This document shows, piece by piece, positions 60,579-64,000 of a stretch of 64,000 nt of DNA. The position numbers were made by a program, and so were the translations under genes. The notes beneath the pieces are model-generated. The model was not told the DNA's origin. It was given only the letters and a program-made list of their open reading frames with translations, and made no database searches. The DNA comes from Lysobacterales bacterium (GTDB taxonomy: Bacteria > Pseudomonadota > Gammaproteobacteria > Xanthomonadales > SZUA-5): the NCBI GenBank assembly GCA_022844165.1, contig JALHMH010000001.1:1-64000 (forward strand), in the 5' to 3' direction. Within the stretch, counting starts at the first letter, position 1. Each line of letters opens with the position of its first letter.

Positions 60579-62731
60579 TGGATGGCAGCGACGCCTTGAA
60601 TGATGCGGTCGATTCGTTCGCGCGTGCGAAAGGGCTATTCAGTCCTGCGGCGATGGGCTACTACCAGGGCGCTTTGCAGGCGCGCCAACACCTGGCCAGT
60701 GCGGCAATCATTTTCGACCGGGCTCAGGCGATCGCACGCGATGCGTGCGAGCTGGCCCGACCGTCGTTCGAACGCTCGGGTCTCATGGTGCATGCCGATG
60801 CTCTGGCGAGCGCCGAGCGCGACCTGTGCATGTTTGCTCAGGTGTGCGCGCGCGCATTGACGGGTGCGGATCGCGATCTGGAAAAAGGATACCTGAGGCA
60901 AGTGGCGACAGCCTCCAGCCTCGGTATGGACTTTCACGACTCCAGCCCATTGTTGCTGGGATTCGCCTGGTGCGCGGCTGCCAATCACTTGCAAGGACAA
61001 GCGCTGTGGTGCTTTCGCGCGGCCTGCGAACGGGCACAGTCCGCGTTGCGTAACGCTGCCAGCGGAGCGGCACTCAGCGCAGCGGCAGGCGACATTGGCG
61101 CTGGCGCTTACCCGATGTTGTCATCGGCTCACCCGGAACTGGATCAGATTTACGGCGCTGTGACAGCGGCAAAGTGTCCGCGCGATATGAGCATGATGCT
61201 CGGCACAGCAGCGCACGAATGGCTGGCCGAAGGGCGGCAAACGCCGTTAACCCAATGGATCAGCTGGCTCGTCGCCGCGATCGGGCCGCACGTTGCGCGC
61301 TACAGCGGCGATGTCTGGGGCAGCGTTTTTGCCAGCCTCGCGGCCGCCTCGTTGAGCCGGGTGCCGACGCAACAGTTGCCTGGGTGCGCCGCACCCCTTT
61401 TGGAGATTTCGCTTCACGGACATGCGCTGCGGCGCGCGGTGCATGGTTTGTTGCGTGCCGAAGATGCCGGGCATTTGAGCGCGCGGCGCAATAGCGAATC
61501 GGTAGCGGCTGCCCCCCACCATCAGCAGCGGGTCGCGCGGTTGTTTGCTGCACTCGCTTGCGCCAGCGTTGTGGGCGACCATGCCTATGCCGAGAAAGCG
61601 GTAGCAGACTTGCTCAACGAAGTCCGAACCTCGTCCAGTGAGCCATGTCTGCTCGGCCTTGCGTCGGCAGGCAGCGAAGCGATGGGTGTTGCCTACACGC
61701 CATTCGTCGCGCAGGCAATCGATGCTGGAGTCGATTCGGCGCGTGCGTTCGCCTTGCTACAGGGCGAGTGGCGCCACTTGCCAGACATCGCCAAAGGCGT
61801 CGTAGACCAGCTGAGTTTACCAACGGGTATGTTGCCGTGGCTCACCGGCGTTCTGGCGCTGCTGCTGGAACTGGCGACCAGCCGTTCTGCGCCGCGAGCC
61901 GAGCTTGCTCTGGGCGACCGGCTTCTGGCGGATTTCCTGGGGCTTTCGGGCAGCACGCCGGCCATTGAGGCGCAAGCCTTGCGTGCGCTGGCCGCTCGAG
62001 TACGCGAACATCCGGCCTCTGCCGTGGCGCGCCTAAGCACCTTGTTAAGCTCGCTGGGCGCAATGACCGACCGTTGGGAAGTGGTCTTTGTGATGCGCGC
62101 GGCAAGCAATCGCGGCGATGCCAGCGAATCCTGGACCGGGGCACTGTCCGCGCGCCTGGCCGTCGTATTGATCAATAACGCAAGCGAAAATTCCATTGCA
62201 GACACCGTGCATTGGTTGGCGACGGCATGGGTACCCCACGTGCGCTTCGCCCTGCCCGAACAATCGCCAGAGGTGCTGGCCGCGCCGGCGATTGCAGAGC
62301 TTCAGGCGCAACTGCCCATAGAGCAGCACGGTCGAATTGCGCAGCTCGCCGAGGGCATCGCCGATGCGGCGACCGCCCATGCGATGCTGGCAAACGCCGA
62401 TGCCTGGTGTGCTCAAGCGGTTGCGGAGATGCGAACGCGACCGAGCTTTGCGTCAGTGCGTGGGATTGAGACCAGGTGCATCCGCGATCTGACCATTTTG
62501 CTCAAGTCGATCGCTTGTTTCCTGGGCTCAGGACTTGGCGATGTTCCTATACGAGTTCGCGCATTTGCAGCGGCGCACTTGTTGCCGTTCCTACAAGAAG
62601 AAACGCGCAACTTCGGCACTGAACTGGTTGCAGTGTTGCAGGCGCAGATGGCACAACTGAGCGGCACGTCGCGCAACCGGGTCGCAGCGCTCCTGGCCTC
62701 AGTTTATCAACACGACGGTGCCCCGCAATGA
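60575..62731 (+). CDS. 718-aa helical protein with tandem phycobiliprotein/globin-like repeats
   Basis: GGAG RBS, ATGA overlap with upstream gene; AERDL (80-84), KCPRDM (200-205), RCIRDL (634-639) in phycobiliprotein helix-E-like contexts. The ORF is solid; the family call is by eye. Confidence 0.65.
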   Translation: MMDGSDALNDAVDSFARAKGLFSPAAMGYYQGALQARQHLASAAIIFDRAQAIARDACELARPSFERSGLMVHADALASAERDLCMFAQVCARALTGADRDLEKGYLRQVATASSLGMDFHDSSPLLLGFAWCAAANHLQGQALWCFRAACERAQSALRNAASGAALSAAAGDIGAGAYPMLSSAHPELDQIYGAVTAAKCPRDMSMMLGTAAHEWLAEGRQTPLTQWISWLVAAIGPHVARYSGDVWGSVFASLAAASLSRVPTQQLPGCAAPLLEISLHGHALRRAVHGLLRAEDAGHLSARRNSESVAAAPHHQQRVARLFAALACASVVGDHAYAEKAVADLLNEVRTSSSEPCLLGLASAGSEAMGVAYTPFVAQAIDAGVDSARAFALLQGEWRHLPDIAKGVVDQLSLPTGMLPWLTGVLALLLELATSRSAPRAELALGDRLLADFLGLSGSTPAIEAQALRALAARVREHPASAVARLSTLLSSLGAMTDRWEVVFVMRAASNRGDASESWTGALSARLAVVLINNASENSIADTVHWLATAWVPHVRFALPEQSPEVLAAPAIAELQAQLPIEQHGRIAQLAEGIADAATAHAMLANADAWCAQAVAEMRTRPSFASVRGIETRCIRDLTILLKSIACFLGSGLGDVPIRVRAFAAAHLLPFLQEETRNFGTELVAVLQAQMAQLSGTSRNRVAALLASVYQHDGAPQ

Positions 62732-64000
62732 GCGTGCCGAGTTCACCTCTTCGCGGTTGTTTCGCCTCTAGTAGCGCGGCTGGACTCAGCGCACGCCTGC
62801 GCGCCGTGCATTCTGTGGCCATCGCCCGGGAACTGAGCGTGCTCAGCGCCTCGTTGCGCAATGGCAACAGCGAGGAGTTGGGCGATCTGACCGAACTTGC
62901 CGACGGCGATGCGTTGGCCGAAGTTCTGGATGAGCTTGCCAGGCGCCTGACCACGCCTGAGCAGATCGCTGCGCAACCGATGCCGGCCTGGGTCAGCATC
63001 GCGCAGCGTTCGCGGGACTATGTCGATATCGACGATTTGTCGCCGCTGGTGGAGCGCATTGTGGCGCGTATCGCGCGCCGCGTCGCACCCGGAACCCGTA
63101 GCTTCGTTGAACTCTATGTTTGGGAAGCGCAGGCAGCATTCGAGGTGTTTCGACAACGCTTTCAGATCGCGCAGGATATCGATGCCATCGTTGCCGAAGT
63201 GTTTGCCGGGCTGGCCCATGCAATGCGCCTCCTCGATGAAGACGCGAGCCAGGTGGATCTGGAGGAGTTGCAAAGCAGCTTCGCGCAAGTCTTGCGCGAG
63301 TGGACGAAGCTGTTGAGCGACATGGGCGCAGTGGTCGATCTGGAACTGATCAGACTCTTCGTCAACGAACTTGCGGTTCGCTACCGCTTGAGCCCGCGGA
63401 TATGGTCGTTGCTGATTTTGCGCCTCGATCGCGCGTTTTCGGTGCGCGCCGATAACCGCCTCGAACACGTCTTCGGCGATGCGATCGAGGGCTTGCTCGG
63501 TGCTACGCAACGGTTCGATTTCTTGCGCGATCTGCGCAGCGACGGGTATGCCTATTTGCCACCGGACGCCGAGTTGTGGGGCGATCTGGTCAGCGTGATG
63601 ATTGTCGTTTCGCTACGTCCGGGCTCGCGCCTGGAAGCGCGTTCGGCGCGGGCTTTGAATTTGGCGGCCGTCAGCGATCTGGTCGGCGGGCGTTGGGACG
63701 ATTTCGAGCAAGCCGTTCGCCTCGGCTCGGCCGGCCTGCGCAATCGCTGGGAGCGCAATTTCCTGGACTTGTACACGGCGGGGTCAGCGCGCCTGCTGAC
63801 GGTCGCCAAAGTTGCCAGTGAGCTGGCAGCGCAGGACTTGAGTGCAGTCCACGATCCGTCTGTCGAAACGTTGCTGCTGAAGGCGCGCGCAGCGATCGTA
63901 CTGGGCGCTGATGTGCCTGCTCAGCGCAGTCTGTTTCGTGTTGGCCTTTCGCAGGTGATCGAATTGCCCAATCGCTCGCAGTTGCGCGTACTCGCGCAGC
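62728..64000 (+). CDS. Large helical hypothetical protein, partial (not in ORF track)
   Basis: ATGA overlap with previous stop; 424 codons without a stop to the window end (MSVPSSPLRGCF...RVLAQ). Confidence 0.8.
   Translation, partial: MSVPSSPLRGCFASSSAAGLSARLRAVHSVAIARELSVLSASLRNGNSEELGDLTELADGDALAEVLDELARRLTTPEQIAAQPMPAWVSIAQRSRDYVDIDDLSPLVERIVARIARRVAPGTRSFVELYVWEAQAAFEVFRQRFQIAQDIDAIVAEVFAGLAHAMRLLDEDASQVDLEELQSSFAQVLREWTKLLSDMGAVVDLELIRLFVNELAVRYRLSPRIWSLLILRLDRAFSVRADNRLEHVFGDAIEGLLGATQRFDFLRDLRSDGYAYLPPDAELWGDLVSVMIVVSLRPGSRLEARSARALNLAAVSDLVGGRWDDFEQAVRLGSAGLRNRWERNFLDLYTAGSARLLTVAKVASELAAQDLSAVHDPSVETLLLKARAAIVLGADVPAQRSLFRVGLSQVIELPNRSQLRVLAQ

Noticed and set aside
62743-63510. Minus-strand 255-aa ORF
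   Set aside because: Antisense shadow of the coupled plus-strand ORF beginning at 62728.
60575-64000. A true phycobilisome (apc/cpc) operon or cyanobacterial contamination
   Set aside because: No standalone alpha/beta subunits, linkers or lyases are seen; similarity is remote and the DNA is GC-rich like its flanks.

Overview
GC-rich bacterial chromosomal window; gene content (bifunctional lysC-lysA next to murL, OprO/pst cluster, hemA-TPR divergon) suggests a Xanthomonadales-like gammaproteobacterium (inference). Most of it is housekeeping: fnr, proS, Fur-boxed TonB receptor, oprO-pstSCAB-phoU with pho boxes, hemA, rpmB-rpmG, trxC, ubiA, murL, lysAC, serS. There are two accessory zones. (1) About 1.9-9.9 kb: secreted beta-helix proteins (one frameshifted), a FitA/VapC toxin-antitoxin pair, a two-component system with an outer-membrane barrel, a multi-hairpin MITE-like repeat (copies at ~3.3, ~8.9 and, degenerate and inverted, ~41.4 kb) and a shared RGGAATCGC motif array. 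(2) 57.9-64 kb, the most striking: a GvpL/GvpF-family gene divergent from a translationally coupled operon of a PAS-(degenerate GGDEF)-EAL protein, a 718-aa protein that appears to be built of tandem phycobiliprotein/globin-like repeats with C-x-R-D bilin-pocket-like motifs, and a further large helical ORF running off the window end. This is a candidate bilin/light-responsive c-di-GMP and gas-vesicle-linked system in an apparently non-cyanobacterial host. SerRS also carries a ~65-aa insertion. No rRNA, tRNA, CRISPR array or transposase was recognised. All assignments are by eye from motifs; no database searches were run.
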